Assembly: GCA_964291215.2 (NCBI GenBank)
Contig: OZ219790.1
Location: 128,001-192,000 of the forward strand
Reading direction: 5' to 3'
Length of the DNA: 64,000 nt
DNA from: Alphaproteobacteria bacterium
GTDB lineage: Bacteria > Pseudomonadota > Alphaproteobacteria > MPNO01 > UBA830
Made by a program: the position numbers and the translations under genes. Of the stretch, positions 32,257 through 43,100 are shown piece after piece. A model generated the notes under the pieces. The model saw nothing but the letters and a program-made list of their open reading frames with translations. It did not search any database and was not told the origin of the DNA. Position 1 is the first letter of the stretch; every line of letters starts with the position of its first letter.

Positions 32257-33259
32257 AGCTGCTCTCGGCCTGTGGACCACCCACGGCCCCACGCTTAATT
32301 CGTCCCCCGACCAGTGGGTGAACCGGGTCAGGGCCGATGTCGCGCAGAAACACTGGTTCAAGGGCGAGGAGTTGTCCTTCGACGAACTGGTTGAGCGCCG
32401 CGCCGGCGAGCGGATCGACAAGAAATTCACGGATGCCGAGCGACGGCGGCGCCACGAAGCCTGCCAAAAGGCGATTGCGGAGCTTGCCAGTCGCTGGACG
32501 GCGGAAGCGCCGGATGCCTGTATCATTCTCGGCAATGACCAGCGTGAGCTGTTCCTTCCCGAGATCCAGCCGACATTTACGGTCTATTACGGCGAAACCT
32601 TCTACAACCTGCCGCTCACCGACGCACAGCGAAAGATGCTGCCTCCTGGCATCGAGGAGGCCGACTGGGCCTACCGACCCGGCGAGCGGACCGTCTACCC
32701 GGGATTGCCCGAACTTGCCGAACGCGTATTCGAACAGGCGATGGAGGACGGGTTCGATACCGCGGCGTCAGCGGCATGGCCATGTCACGAGGGTCACCGT
32801 CATACGGGAACGCCGCACGCCTTCAGCTTCGTACTCCGGCGCATCATGCGCGACCGTGCGGTTCCGACCCTGCCGGTCATCGCCAATACGTTCTATCCGC
32901 CGAACCAGCCGACGCCGCAGCGCTGCTACGAATTCGGCCGCATGATCGGCCGTGCCGTCCGACGCTGGGATTCGGATGCGCGTGTCGCCGTCGTCGGATC
33001 AGGCGGCATGTCCCATTTCTGCATTGATGAGGAGCTTGACCGGCGCGTTCTTGAGGCGCTTTCCACACGCGACAGCACGGCCCTGTGCGCGATAGAACCT
33101 GAGTTGCTGCGCTCCGGGTCCTCGGAACTGCTCAACTGGATCGTCGCGTCCGGGATCTTGTTTGAGACCCGGCTGTCGGGCGATGTCATCGACTACGTGC
33201 CGTGCTACCGGTCGGATGCAGGCACCGGCACGGCCAATGGTTTCGTCTGCTGGAACTGA
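32249..33259 (+). CDS. ligZ: Class III extradiol dioxygenase, LigZ (OH-DDVA oxygenase)-like
   Basis: THGP, ILGNDQ, TPHAF, NTFYPPNQPT..RCYEFG, DYVPCYRS.AGTG...GFVCW; matches recalled LigZ. Confidence 0.8.
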   Translation: MAEAALGLWTTHGPTLNSSPDQWVNRVRADVAQKHWFKGEELSFDELVERRAGERIDKKFTDAERRRRHEACQKAIAELASRWTAEAPDACIILGNDQRELFLPEIQPTFTVYYGETFYNLPLTDAQRKMLPPGIEEADWAYRPGERTVYPGLPELAERVFEQAMEDGFDTAASAAWPCHEGHRHTGTPHAFSFVLRRIMRDRAVPTLPVIANTFYPPNQPTPQRCYEFGRMIGRAVRRWDSDARVAVVGSGGMSHFCIDEELDRRVLEALSTRDSTALCAIEPELLRSGSSELLNWIVASGILFETRLSGDVIDYVPCYRSDAGTGTANGFVCWN

Positions 33260-33364
33260 TCCGCTGCAGACAACGCAGGCAGCACCTATGCCAATCGGGA
33301 TCCTCATGCGGCAACGAGGAGGTTGGCCATCAAATCGGATCGTGTCCTCTCGGATTTGCCAGGA

Positions 33365-34711
33365 TCACGCCCCGTCCGGCGGATCCTGTCCGACGGCAAA
33401 CCGATTACGGAAGCGTGCGAGTTCCGCGGCGGCGATGGCGACTTCGAAACGGATGAAATCACCGTCGACAGCACGACTGAGGACCTGCGAATGCCGGTAC
33501 AGCCATGAAGCTGCCGCCCCGTCAGAATGGCGGACCCTGAGGCGGACCATGTCCCTGTCGCCGCCAAGCCCGTCCTCGAGGAGGTCGAGCAGCCGGTCGC
33601 AATTTTCGCCGGTCAGCGCCGAGACCGCAACTGCACGTTCATCGCGGGCCGTGAGATTTTCAACTCGATCCCGACCATCGTTGTCCAGCAGGTCAATCTT
33701 GTTCAGGACCTCGACGACCTTGTCCTGACCGGCCGGACCGATGCCGAGCTCGTTGAGCACGCGGCCGACATCCTCTTTCTGAGCTTCGGTGTCATCGTGG
33801 GAGACATCGCGGACATGCACGATGACATCCGCTTCCATGACCTCCTCAAGGGTTGCCTGAAAGGCGGCAACAAGCGTTGTCGGCAAGTCGGATACGAAGC
33901 CGACCGTATCAGAAACGATAACGGTGCGTCCCGAAGGCAGGCGGGCGGCGCGCATTGCGGGATCGAGAGTCGCGAACAACTGGTCCTTTGCTGCCGCATG
34001 TGTGCGGGTAAGGCGGCCGAAGAGTTCTGTCTTGCCAGCATTGGTGTAGCCTACCAGCGCAACAACGTCGTAGGGTACCCGCCGCCGCGCCGAGCGGTGC
34101 AGCGTCCTTGTCTTCCTCACGTTCTCAAGGTCACGCCGGATCCTCGCGATCCGTTCCGATATCATCCGCCGGTCGGCCTCGATCTGGGTTTCGCCCGGGC
34201 CGCCGAGGAACCCGAAACCGCCGCGCTGGCGTTCAAGATGGGTCCAGCTGCGGACCAGGCGGCTGCGCTGATAGGTCAGATGGGCCAGTTCGACCTGGAG
34301 TGCGCCTTCGCGCGTATGTGCGCGGGCTCCGAAGATCTCGAGGATTAGGCCGGTGCGGTCGATGACCTTGGCCTTCCAAGCGGTCTCGAGGGTGCGCTGC
34401 TGGACCGGCGTCAATGCAGTGTCGACGCTGACGATGTCTGCTTCGGCATCTGCGACCAGTTCCGCGATTCGCTCGATGGTGCCCCGGCCGAAGAAGCTGC
34501 CGGCACGAATCCCGGACACCGGCACCGACTCCTGCGCCACGACGCGGAGATCGATCGCGAGTGCGAGCCCCACCGCCTCCTCGAGGCGGGCGCCGCTGCT
34601 TCGCTCCGTCGTCGCCCTCGATCCGGACCGCGGACACAGGACGACGGCGCGGGCACGACCCTGCCCGCTGCCGTTACGGGCGCCGGCTGCCGTGTTCGAC
34701 AGCCGGGCCAT
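33365..34711 (-). CDS. hflX: GTPase HflX
   Basis: [38 protein letters not shown]. Confidence 0.96.
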   Translation of the reverse strand: MARLSNTAAGARNGSGQGRARAVVLCPRSGSRATTERSSGARLEEAVGLALAIDLRVVAQESVPVSGIRAGSFFGRGTIERIAELVADAEADIVSVDTALTPVQQRTLETAWKAKVIDRTGLILEIFGARAHTREGALQVELAHLTYQRSRLVRSWTHLERQRGGFGFLGGPGETQIEADRRMISERIARIRRDLENVRKTRTLHRSARRRVPYDVVALVGYTNAGKTELFGRLTRTHAAAKDQLFATLDPAMRAARLPSGRTVIVSDTVGFVSDLPTTLVAAFQATLEEVMEADVIVHVRDVSHDDTEAQKEDVGRVLNELGIGPAGQDKVVEVLNKIDLLDNDGRDRVENLTARDERAVAVSALTGENCDRLLDLLEDGLGGDRDMVRLRVRHSDGAAASWLYRHSQVLSRAVDGDFIRFEVAIAAAELARFRNRFAVGQDPPDGA

Positions 34712-34991
34712 CGGTGAACTCTTCCGGCTCTGCCGTCCGCGCAGGCCCGTCGTCCAGATCCTCGAGCGATAGTGGCACGCCCGGCATTACCGTCGAGATC
34801 ACATGCTTGAAGACCAGTTGGGACTGGGTGTCGCGCTGCAGAAGAATCGAGAATCTGTCAAACGAGGTGATCACGCCCTGCAGCCTGACGCCGTTGACCA
34901 GAAACACCGTCACCGGCACCTTGCCCCTGCGCATGTGGTTGAGAAAGGTCTCCTGAAGATTGCGGTGCTTCTCTTTTCCGTTGTCTTTCAC
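34674..34991 (-). CDS. hfq: RNA chaperone Hfq
   Basis: [30 protein letters not shown]; GTG start after GGAGGGAGAG; upstream of hflX. Confidence 0.92.
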   Translation of the reverse strand: MKDNGKEKHRNLQETFLNHMRRGKVPVTVFLVNGVRLQGVITSFDRFSILLQRDTQSQLVFKHVISTVMPGVPLSLEDLDDGPARTAEPEEFTDGPAVEHGSRRP

Positions 34992-35055
34992 CTCTCCCTC
35001 CGCGCCTGTTCCCGGCCATGACCGGGAGCGGCCGACCTCGATGGCCGACAGCCAA

Positions 35056-35721
35056 TCATATGGTGCGCTGCGGACTTCTGACAACGTCCAACAGCCCCCG
35101 AGACGACAAAAAATGCACATCGGGAGGGTGATCCCGGAATTCCTCCCCCCCGGGATCAGTGTCACCGACCAGTATCGTCCTGCAACCGGCCGCTCGCCCG
35201 CAGGCGATGTCGACCCAGGTATCGCCCACGAACCAGACGGCTTCGGAAGGTGCGATGCCGCTGCCCTCCAGCGCGAGCAGCACGGGTTCAGGTGCTGGCT
35301 TGTCGTGCTCGGCATCGCCGGCGCCTACCAGGCGGCCGTCGAAGAACCTGTCCCAGCCCAGCTGGGCGGATTCGGCACGGAGATGCCGGCCCGACTTGTT
35401 GCTGACCACGCCGAGACAGCAGCCGCTTCCGTGAAGGGCGCCGATCAATTCCTCGGCCCCGTCGATGGTATTGAGACATTCGAGATGGAGCTTCCGGTAT
35501 TCGAGATAGAAGGTCTCCCGGGCCTCGCGCCACTGTTCGCCGAAAATCCCGGGGAACGCGTCCCTGAGCGACCGGCGCGCCCTTCGCTTCGTCTCCTCGA
35601 ATGTCCAAGACGGATAGCCCATGACCTCTAGGGTCCGGTTCATGCTCCGGTGAATGACCGGCCAGCTGTCGACGAGCGTACCGTCCCAGTCGAACAGCGC
35701 GGCCGGTGGCGATCCTCTCAT
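35056..35721 (-). CDS. HAD-family phosphatase (Gph-like)
   Basis: [22 protein letters not shown]. Confidence 0.9.
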   Translation of the reverse strand: MRGSPPAALFDWDGTLVDSWPVIHRSMNRTLEVMGYPSWTFEETKRRARRSLRDAFPGIFGEQWREARETFYLEYRKLHLECLNTIDGAEELIGALHGSGCCLGVVSNKSGRHLRAESAQLGWDRFFDGRLVGAGDAEHDKPAPEPVLLALEGSGIAPSEAVWFVGDTWVDIACGRAAGCRTILVGDTDPGGEEFRDHPPDVHFLSSRGLLDVVRSPQRTI

Positions 35722-36572
35722 GGCTGTCCCCAGAAATGATCGCTGTAGAGCGCCAGCAGTTCGCGGCTGCGCGGTCCGGGCACGCCCTTGCCCAGCGTGT
35801 CCCCGTCGATGCGCACGACCGGGATCACGAGTGCAGTGGTGCTGGTCAGAAATGCCTCGGCCGCGCTACGCGCCTCATCGACACTGAAGGCGCGTTCGGC
35901 CACCGGAATGCTGTTGTCAATGGCGATCCGGATGAGGGCCTGGCGGGTCACGCCATCGAGAATCGTGCCGTCGGCAGTCCGGGTAATGACCGTGCCGTCC
36001 GCGTCCACGATCCATGCGTTGGTGGAGGCGCCCTCGGTCACCAGCTTGTCGGAATCATACATCCACGTCTCGTAGGCGTCGGCAGCGCCGGCGGCGTCCT
36101 TGGCGAGAACATTGGCGAGCAGGCCGACCGACTTGATGTCCGGTCGTTTCCAGCGGATGTCGGGCGCAGTAATTACCGGGACGCCGCGTTCGAAGAACTC
36201 GGCTGGCGGCGGCCGGAACGGCCGCACGGTCATCACTACGCTCGGCCTGATCGCACGGGGCAGGCGATGGTCCCGCGCGGCGACGCCGCGCGAGACCTGA
36301 AGATAGAGTGCACCGCTGTCGATCCTGTTCATCCGCAAAAGCCGTTCGACCTTGATTGCGAACTGCGCCGGCGTGAATGGTGCCGGCATGCGGATCTCGC
36401 GCAGCGATCGTTCGAGCCTCCGGAAATGCAGCTTTTCGTCAACCATTCGCCCGCCGACCACTCCGACCACCTCATAGACGGCGTCCGAGAACTGGTAGCC
36501 GCGATCCTCGATATGGATTCGGGCGTCGCGGTGCGGCACGAAACGGCCGTTGACATAGGCGATTCTCGGCAT
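35718..36572 (-). CDS. dat: D-amino-acid transaminase (class IV PLP)
   Basis: EDRGYQFSDAVYEV, DIKSVGLL, TEGASTN, ILDGVTR. Confidence 0.88.
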   Translation of the reverse strand: MPRIAYVNGRFVPHRDARIHIEDRGYQFSDAVYEVVGVVGGRMVDEKLHFRRLERSLREIRMPAPFTPAQFAIKVERLLRMNRIDSGALYLQVSRGVAARDHRLPRAIRPSVVMTVRPFRPPPAEFFERGVPVITAPDIRWKRPDIKSVGLLANVLAKDAAGAADAYETWMYDSDKLVTEGASTNAWIVDADGTVITRTADGTILDGVTRQALIRIAIDNSIPVAERAFSVDEARSAAEAFLTSTTALVIPVVRIDGDTLGKGVPGPRSRELLALYSDHFWGQP

Positions 36573-36581
36573 GGTCTGCGA

Positions 36582-37961
36582 TCAAAAATACTCGAGGCTG
36601 ACAGCAAAGAGGCGTTCGATACTGTGTACCGCATGCGATGGCGTGAAGATCACGACCCGGTCACCTTTCTCGATAACGGTCTGGCCGCGGGGCTTGATCA
36701 CCCGGTTCCGGCGCACGATGGCCCCGAACAGCGCACCTTCCGGCAGGTCGATGTCACGGATGGCCTGGTCGACGAGACCCGACATCTCCATGATGTCGAC
36801 CTCGACGACTTCACCGACCTCGCCGAGGGAGTGGACGCTGCGGATGCGGCCGCGGCGCACATGCTGGAGAATCGTCGAGGCCGTGATCGACCGCGGCCCG
36901 ATGACGGCGTCCACGCCAAGTGTCGTGATCAACGGCGAATAGTTGGTGTTGTTGACCAGCGCCATTGCGCGTTGGGCGCCGTGGCGCTTCGCCAGCAGCG
37001 AGCCCAGGATATTGGTTTCGTCGTCGTTGGTCACCGCAATAATTGCCTCGGTCCGCGCGACACCCGCCTCCTCGAGGATTTCCCGCTCCAGCGCATCGCC
37101 GTGGATGACGGTCACCCCTTTCGCCTCGAGCGCACCGGCGAGGAAATCGGACCGCTCTTTCCGGGTCTCGACGATGCGGACCGAAACGCCTGAATGATCC
37201 TGAAGCACCTGTTCGGCGAGGAACAGCCCGACATTGCCGCCGCCGACGATGATGATGTGGCGCGCCGGACGTTCCTCGTGGCCGAACAGCCTCAATGCGC
37301 GCTCGACCTGTTCGCTGTCGACGATGATGTAGACGTCGTCGTCGGCCAGTATCCAGTCGTCGGCGGACGGGTTGATCGCTTGGCCGTCACGGATGATGAC
37401 GATCACGATGATGGAGATGTCGGGGAAGACGCCGCTGAGCTGGCGAAGCGGCGTGTTGAGCACCGGGCAGTCCTCATTGCAGTGCACGCCGATGATCTGC
37501 ACCCTGCCATCCACCGTGGGAATGGCGCCAAACGCCCCCGGCACGGTCAGGTCGCGGGCAATGGTCCGCGCGACTTCCTTCTCAGGGGAGATGATGACAT
37601 CTATGGGCATGTTGTCGCGGCTGAACAGATCCGCCCAGATCGGTTGCAGATAGTCCTGGTTGCGTACCCGCGCGACCTTCGTTGGCACACTGAACAGGGA
37701 ATGTGCCACCTGGCAGGCGACCATGTTGACTTCGTCCGACAGGGTCACCGCAATCAGCATGTCGGCGTCGGCCGCGTTGGCCTGCTCGAGCACATGCGGA
37801 AGGGAGGCAAAACCGACCACGCTGCGGACATCGAGCGTATCGTCGACGCGGCGGATATTCTCCATCGAGGAATCGACAACCGTGATGTTGTTGCCCTCTC
37901 CCGAAAGCTGGCGGGCAAGGTGATAGCCGACCTGACCGGCCCCCCCGATGATGATGTTCAT
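36582..37961 (-). CDS. trkA: Trk potassium uptake NAD-binding subunit
   Basis: GAGQVG and GGGNVG RCK domains, SDEVNMVACQVA. Confidence 0.95.
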   Translation of the reverse strand: MNIIIGGAGQVGYHLARQLSGEGNNITVVDSSMENIRRVDDTLDVRSVVGFASLPHVLEQANAADADMLIAVTLSDEVNMVACQVAHSLFSVPTKVARVRNQDYLQPIWADLFSRDNMPIDVIISPEKEVARTIARDLTVPGAFGAIPTVDGRVQIIGVHCNEDCPVLNTPLRQLSGVFPDISIIVIVIIRDGQAINPSADDWILADDDVYIIVDSEQVERALRLFGHEERPARHIIIVGGGNVGLFLAEQVLQDHSGVSVRIVETRKERSDFLAGALEAKGVTVIHGDALEREILEEAGVARTEAIIAVTNDDETNILGSLLAKRHGAQRAMALVNNTNYSPLITTLGVDAVIGPRSITASTILQHVRRGRIRSVHSLGEVGEVVEVDIMEMSGLVDQAIRDIDLPEGALFGAIVRRNRVIKPRGQTVIEKGDRVVIFTPSHAVHSIERLFAVSLEYF

Positions 37962-37976
37962 GTGCCCGTCCGTCCG

Positions 37977-39377
37977 TTAGCGGTCGGCCGGATCGGACGC
38001 ATCGCGCCCGTCGATGCCGAGAAGTTTCAGCTTGCGGTAGAGCGCGGTCCGCTCCATTCCAACAAATCTGGCCGTTTCCGAGACATTGCCGCCGAACCTG
38101 GAGACCTGCGTCTGCAGATAGCGGCGCTCGAACGCCGCTCGCGCGGCGCGCAGCGGCAGCGAGAACATTCTCGCTTCCTCCTCGGCGTCCTCGGCGACCG
38201 GCAAGTTCTCGAGAATATCGGGCGGCAAATTTTCGACCTTGACCATGTCGTCGGCACCGCCGGGCACCATGATCAGTATCCAGTCGACGACGTTACGCAA
38301 CTGCCGCACGTTTCCCGGCCAGTCATAGGTCTGCAGCCTCGCCATGGCTTCGTCAGAAATCGTCCTCGGCGTGAGGCCGGCAGTGCGGGCCGATCCGGTG
38401 ATGAAATACTCGACCAGGGCCGGAATGTCATCACGTCGTTCGCGCAACGGCGGGATACGGACGGGAACGACATTTAGCCGATAGTAGAGATCCTCGCGGA
38501 ACCGTCCCGAGGCAAGCTGGTGCTCTATGTCACGGCTGGTCGAGGCGATGACGCGGACATCTACCTCGATCGGCTTCTCGCTCCCGGTGCGGACAAACGC
38601 CCGGTCATGCAAAACGCGCACGAACTTGCCCTGGGTCTCGAAGGGCATGTCACATACCTCGTCGAGCAACAGGGTGCCGCGGTGCGCAGTTTCCAGGGCT
38701 CCTCTCAGGGCCGGGGCGGAACTCCCGGTGCCTTCTTCCCCGAAGAGTTCCACCTCCATACGATCCGGCGCCATTGCCGCGCAGTTGATGGTGACGAAGG
38801 CATTGTTCGAGCGTGCCGACCGCTGGTGCAGTTGCCGTGCGAACACTTCCTTTCCCACTCCCGGCGGACCCGAGATCAGCACCCTGCTGTCGGTTGGCGC
38901 CACCTTGGCGAGGATGCTGTCGAGCTGAACGAGGGCCCGGGACGTTCCGACCAACTCGTCCGCTGCCCCGGTGCGCTCTCGAAGCTCGCGATAGTCGCGC
39001 CGCAACTGGGCCGCCTCGAGCGCCAGGGAGGCGGTGACTATCAGGCGATCCGCCTTGAACGGTTTCTCGATGAAATCATGGGCGCCGAGCTTGATCGCTT
39101 CTACAGCCATCTCGATGGTGCTATGGCCGCTCATCATTACCACCGCCATGCCCGGCCGTTCGTCCTGGATACGCCGTAGCAGGTCCATGCCGTCGAGGGC
39201 ACTGTTTTCGAGCCATATGTCGAGAATGACCAGATCCGGATACCCGGCATCCAGCGCCGCGACCGCGGTGTCGCTGTCGCTGGCCACCCGGCATGAATAT
39301 CCCTCGTCGCGGAGGATGCCGGAGGCCATGCGGAGGATATCGGTCTCGTCATCGACAATAAGAACTTCAAGCGTCAT
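37977..39377 (-). CDS. ntrX: Response regulator NtrX
   Basis: REC domain (LDIWL), AAA+ lacking GAFTGA, Fis HTH GMERTALYRKLK; follows ntrY. Confidence 0.93.
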   Translation of the reverse strand: MTLEVLIVDDETDILRMASGILRDEGYSCRVASDSDTAVAALDAGYPDLVILDIWLENSALDGMDLLRRIQDERPGMAVVMMSGHSTIEMAVEAIKLGAHDFIEKPFKADRLIVTASLALEAAQLRRDYRELRERTGAADELVGTSRALVQLDSILAKVAPTDSRVLISGPPGVGKEVFARQLHQRSARSNNAFVTINCAAMAPDRMEVELFGEEGTGSSAPALRGALETAHRGTLLLDEVCDMPFETQGKFVRVLHDRAFVRTGSEKPIEVDVRVIASTSRDIEHQLASGRFREDLYYRLNVVPVRIPPLRERRDDIPALVEYFITGSARTAGLTPRTISDEAMARLQTYDWPGNVRQLRNVVDWILIMVPGGADDMVKVENLPPDILENLPVAEDAEEEARMFSLPLRAARAAFERRYLQTQVSRFGGNVSETARFVGMERTALYRKLKLLGIDGRDASDPADR

Positions 39378-41670
39378 GACCATCTCCGCCGCCAGTCTTG
39401 GTCGTGCCGGCATGCTGGCTCGGTAGCCTGACCGTCGCCGTGGCCCCCGCTTCGGCACGGTCGGCGAGCGCAAGTTCGCCGCGATGATCCTCGAGAACTT
39501 TCTTCACGATCGCGAGGCCAAGCCCTGTGCCGCCCTCGCGGGTCGTTACGTAAGGTTCCGTGAGCCGGTCCACGGCCATCCCCTGCAGTCCGACGCCGTT
39601 GTCGCTGATCTCGATGACCGGGCCCTCTTCACCAGCGGTGAGCGCGACCTCGACCCTGCCGCGGGGTACAGGTTGTCCTGACGCGGGGCGCCGCTCGATA
39701 GCGTCGACGGCATTCTGGATCAGATTGGTTAGGACTTGTGCTATCTGGGGCGAATCGCAGGAGATCTCGATTGGGGTCGGCGGAAGCGAGGTCACAAAAT
39801 CGATATCCGGATGCGCGCTCGTCGGCAGCACCAGAGCTTCGCGACAGATCGCACAGATGTCCGCTGGAGCGATTTCCGCTTCCGGCATCCGGGCAAATTC
39901 CGAAAACTCGTCGACCATGCGTCCGATCTCTCCGACCCGGCGGATGATGGTATCGGTGCAATCGGAAAACGTTGCCGGGTCCGACCGAATCTCGGAGAGG
40001 TATTTTCGCCGCAGCCGGTCGGCGGCGAGCTGGATGGGTGTCAGCGGGTTCCGGATCTCGTGGGCTATGCGACGCGCCACGTCCGACCACGCCGCCTTCC
40101 TCTGGGCCGCCATCAGTTCCGTGATATCGTCGAACGTTACAACGAAACCGATGATCGTTTCTTCGAGCCTCTCCGAGGTGAGGCAGACCGAGAGCCTGCG
40201 CTCGCGACTCTCGTTGCCGAACGAAATCTCGGTTTCCACCCGCGGGTCTGAGCGCCGCCGCGCCCGGGCAATCATGACGCCGACCTCGGGGACCAGTGCG
40301 CGGATTTCCGTTCCGATCTCCTCTTTGAGGTCGCGCTCCAGCAACGCCGACGCCGACCGGTTGGCCACGTTGATGCGACCGTGTTCATCGAGCCCGATGA
40401 CGCCGGCAGAAACCCCCGAGAGCACGGCCTCTACGAACTGGGTCCGTTCCGCGAGTTCGTCGTTGGCCTTGACGAGATCGCGGTGTTGGGCTTCGAGCTG
40501 GCTGGTCATGCGATTGAAGGAACGGCCTAGCTGACCGATCTCATCTGCATGGCGGTCCTCTTTGACGCGGACCGACAGATTCCCCGCGCCCGCGGTCTCC
40601 GCCGCTTCGGCAAGCGCCGAGACCGGTGCTGAAATCCGGTTTGCGAAGACCTGTCCCACCCAGATCGCGGCAAGGAGCAACAGCAGCCCGATCAGGACAT
40701 AGATCATCGCGAAGGTGACCTCGACCTGGGTGCGCCAGCCCTCGATGTTCTGGTATTCGTCAGCCGCCTGACGGGTCTCCGCAATATGTGCGAGAACGCT
40801 GGGTTCGACGTACCGGCCGAGATAGAGGAAGGCATCCACCAGCCTGTCGAGCCGGATGACCGCACGCACGCGGTCGTCGGAGGGCCCTGTCAGCACGACG
40901 ACCTCGCCCTCGCGGGCACGGTCGACGGCATCCAGCGGCAGCGGTGTCTCGGCGAGCATGAAGCCCTGCTTCCAGCGTGTGAGGATGCGTCCGGTGCCGT
41001 CGAAGACATAGGCCTCGCTCAGGTTGCGGACGACGCCATGTGTGGCGACGATCTGAGAAAACGCCCTGGAATTGCGGTGGGCGAGCGAAGCCGCGCGGTC
41101 GAGGTCGCGCGCCATCGACAGGGCGTCGCCGCGGATCGCCTGCTGATGCTCCTTGAGATAAGCTTCGGCCACGGCGCGAGAATCGAGAACCGCGGTACGA
41201 ACGCGATCGCTGAACCAAGCCTCAAAACCCAGATTGAGGAACATGGCCGAAAACACCGAGACGGAGATGGCTGGCACCAGAGCGATCAGGCTGAAGAGAA
41301 AGACAAGACGCCGGTGAAGCCGCGAGGCGGCCTGCCCCTTGCGCCTCCCGTAGCGCAGGCGAACCAGGTTTCGGGCGACTACGAGCCCGAGCAGGAGGAA
41401 CAGCACAAGGTCGATCTGGAGCAGGATCAGCACCAAGCGCGTATCGCGGAACGAGGCCATGCCGGCCAGCGCCGCGTAGGTCCCGACAGCCGCACACACC
41501 GCAAGAATGGCGAGGATGACCGCCAGTTTCTGGCCGATGGCTGCGCGGCGTGCCCAGTCGGCGAGGCGCCGAGCCCGCCCGAGGGAAAGCGGTTGGCCGA
41601 AACGCGCCGCAATGGCCGGTACGGGCGGCATGCCCGTTCGGTCGACAGCGGATCCGTCAGCCGTTTGCAT
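39367..41670 (-). CDS. ntrY: Sensor histidine kinase NtrY
   Basis: TM-HAMP-PAS-HisKA; AAWSDVARRIAHEIRNPLTPIQL. Confidence 0.94.
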   Translation of the reverse strand: MQTADGSAVDRTGMPPVPAIAARFGQPLSLGRARRLADWARRAAIGQKLAVILAILAVCAAVGTYAALAGMASFRDTRLVLILLQIDLVLFLLLGLVVARNLVRLRYGRRKGQAASRLHRRLVFLFSLIALVPAISVSVFSAMFLNLGFEAWFSDRVRTAVLDSRAVAEAYLKEHQQAIRGDALSMARDLDRAASLAHRNSRAFSQIVATHGVVRNLSEAYVFDGTGRILTRWKQGFMLAETPLPLDAVDRAREGEVVVLTGPSDDRVRAVIRLDRLVDAFLYLGRYVEPSVLAHIAETRQAADEYQNIEGWRTQVEVTFAMIYVLIGLLLLLAAIWVGQVFANRISAPVSALAEAAETAGAGNLSVRVKEDRHADEIGQLGRSFNRMTSQLEAQHRDLVKANDELAERTQFVEAVLSGVSAGVIGLDEHGRINVANRSASALLERDLKEEIGTEIRALVPEVGVMIARARRRSDPRVETEISFGNESRERRLSVCLTSERLEETIIGFVVTFDDITELMAAQRKAAWSDVARRIAHEIRNPLTPIQLAADRLRRKYLSEIRSDPATFSDCTDTIIRRVGEIGRMVDEFSEFARMPEAEIAPADICAICREALVLPTSAHPDIDFVTSLPPTPIEISCDSPQIAQVLTNLIQNAVDAIERRPASGQPVPRGRVEVALTAGEEGPVIEISDNGVGLQGMAVDRLTEPYVTTREGGTGLGLAIVKKVLEDHRGELALADRAEAGATATVRLPSQHAGTTKTGGGDGHDA

Positions 41671-43100
41671 CAGCCCGAACCGCGCCTGATTTCGATCTGA
41701 AGATCACTTATCTTCTTTCTCAACGTGTTCCTGTTCAGCCCGAGTATCTCGGCCGCCTTGAGCTGGTTGCCACGGGTGGCGGCGAGTGTCCGGTGTATCA
41801 GGGGCCGTTCCACCTCGCGCAGGACCCGGTAGTAGAGCCCCTTGGACGGCCGACCGCCTGTCGTCGAGAAATTCCTGTCGACATGACGTTCGATGGCCTC
41901 GCCCAGTGTCTCCTCGCCCGCCGGCACCTTGTCCCGTTCGTCATTGTCCACCAGTTCGTAGCGGATGATGTCGCCGGAAATCGTATCTTCTGCATAGAGC
42001 ACGGCAAGCCGGTTCACGAGATTTTCCAGTTCGCGCACATTGCCCGGCCAGCCGTGGAGGAGCATGACATCAATAGCGTCCCGGCTCAGCGATTTGAAGG
42101 ACAGGCCGGCGTGGCTGCCGCGGAGAAAGAAATGGGTGGCAAGTTCGGCAATGTCCTCGGTCCGCTCGCGCAGGGGAGGCATGCGGAGCGGCACGACATT
42201 GAGCCGGTAGTAGAGATCCTCGCGAAATGCGCCGGAGGAGACGAGCCGCCGGAGATCCCGATGCGTCGCCGCCACGATGCGCACATCAGCCTTGATCGGT
42301 TCGCGTCCGCCTATGGTTGTGAAGCAGCCGTCCTGCAAGACGCGCAGAAGCCGCGTCTGGGCATCCAGCGGCATGTCACCGATCTCGTCAAGGAAGAGTG
42401 TGCCACGCTGCGCCTGCTCGAAGCGCCCGACGCCGCGCATGGTGGCGCCGGTGAATGCACCCTTTTCATGGCCGAACAGTTCTGCCTCGACCAGGTCGCG
42501 CGGAATGGCCGCCATGTTGATGGCTACGAAGGGTCCGTTGCGGCGCCTTCCGTAATCGTGCAGCGCCCGTGCGGCCAGCTCCTTGCCGGTGCCCGATTCG
42601 CCGACAATCATGACTGTCAGATCGGTCGCCATCAAGCGCGCCAGCATGCGGTAGACCGCCTGCATCGCCGCCGAGCGTCCGACGAAGGGCAGCTGCTCCT
42701 CGACATGTCCGGAGGAAACGCCCTGCGGGATCTCCGCCGGATCGGCGAGCGCGCGCTCGACGACGCCTATGACCTCGTTGAGGTCGAACGGCTTCGGAAG
42801 GTAGTCATAGGCGCCGTGTTCATTCGCCTTGACTGCAGTATGGAGCGTGTTGCGCGCGCTGATGACGATTACCTTCAGGTCCGGCCGGAGGTCGCGGATG
42901 CGCGGCACGAGATCGAGCCCGTTCTCGCCCGGCATCACGACATCGGTGATGACGATATCCCCCATTCCGTTTTCGATCCATGTCCACAGCGTTTTGCCGT
43001 TGTCCGTCGCGCGCACGTCGAAACCATGCCGGTTGAGCGCCCTCTCGAGAACCGTACGTACCGCACGGTCGTCGTCGGCAACCAGGATCGTCGCGGTCAT
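41670..43100 (-). CDS. ntrC: Nitrogen regulator NtrC
   Basis: [28 protein letters not shown]. Confidence 0.96.
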   Translation of the reverse strand: MTATILVADDDRAVRTVLERALNRHGFDVRATDNGKTLWTWIENGMGDIVITDVVMPGENGLDLVPRIRDLRPDLKVIVISARNTLHTAVKANEHGAYDYLPKPFDLNEVIGVVERALADPAEIPQGVSSGHVEEQLPFVGRSAAMQAVYRMLARLMATDLTVMIVGESGTGKELAARALHDYGRRRNGPFVAINMAAIPRDLVEAELFGHEKGAFTGATMRGVGRFEQAQRGTLFLDEIGDMPLDAQTRLLRVLQDGCFTTIGGREPIKADVRIVAATHRDLRRLVSSGAFREDLYYRLNVVPLRMPPLRERTEDIAELATHFFLRGSHAGLSFKSLSRDAIDVMLLHGWPGNVRELENLVNRLAVLYAEDTISGDIIRYELVDNDERDKVPAGEETLGEAIERHVDRNFSTTGGRPSKGLYYRVLREVERPLIHRTLAATRGNQLKAAEILGLNRNTLRKKISDLQIEIRRGSG

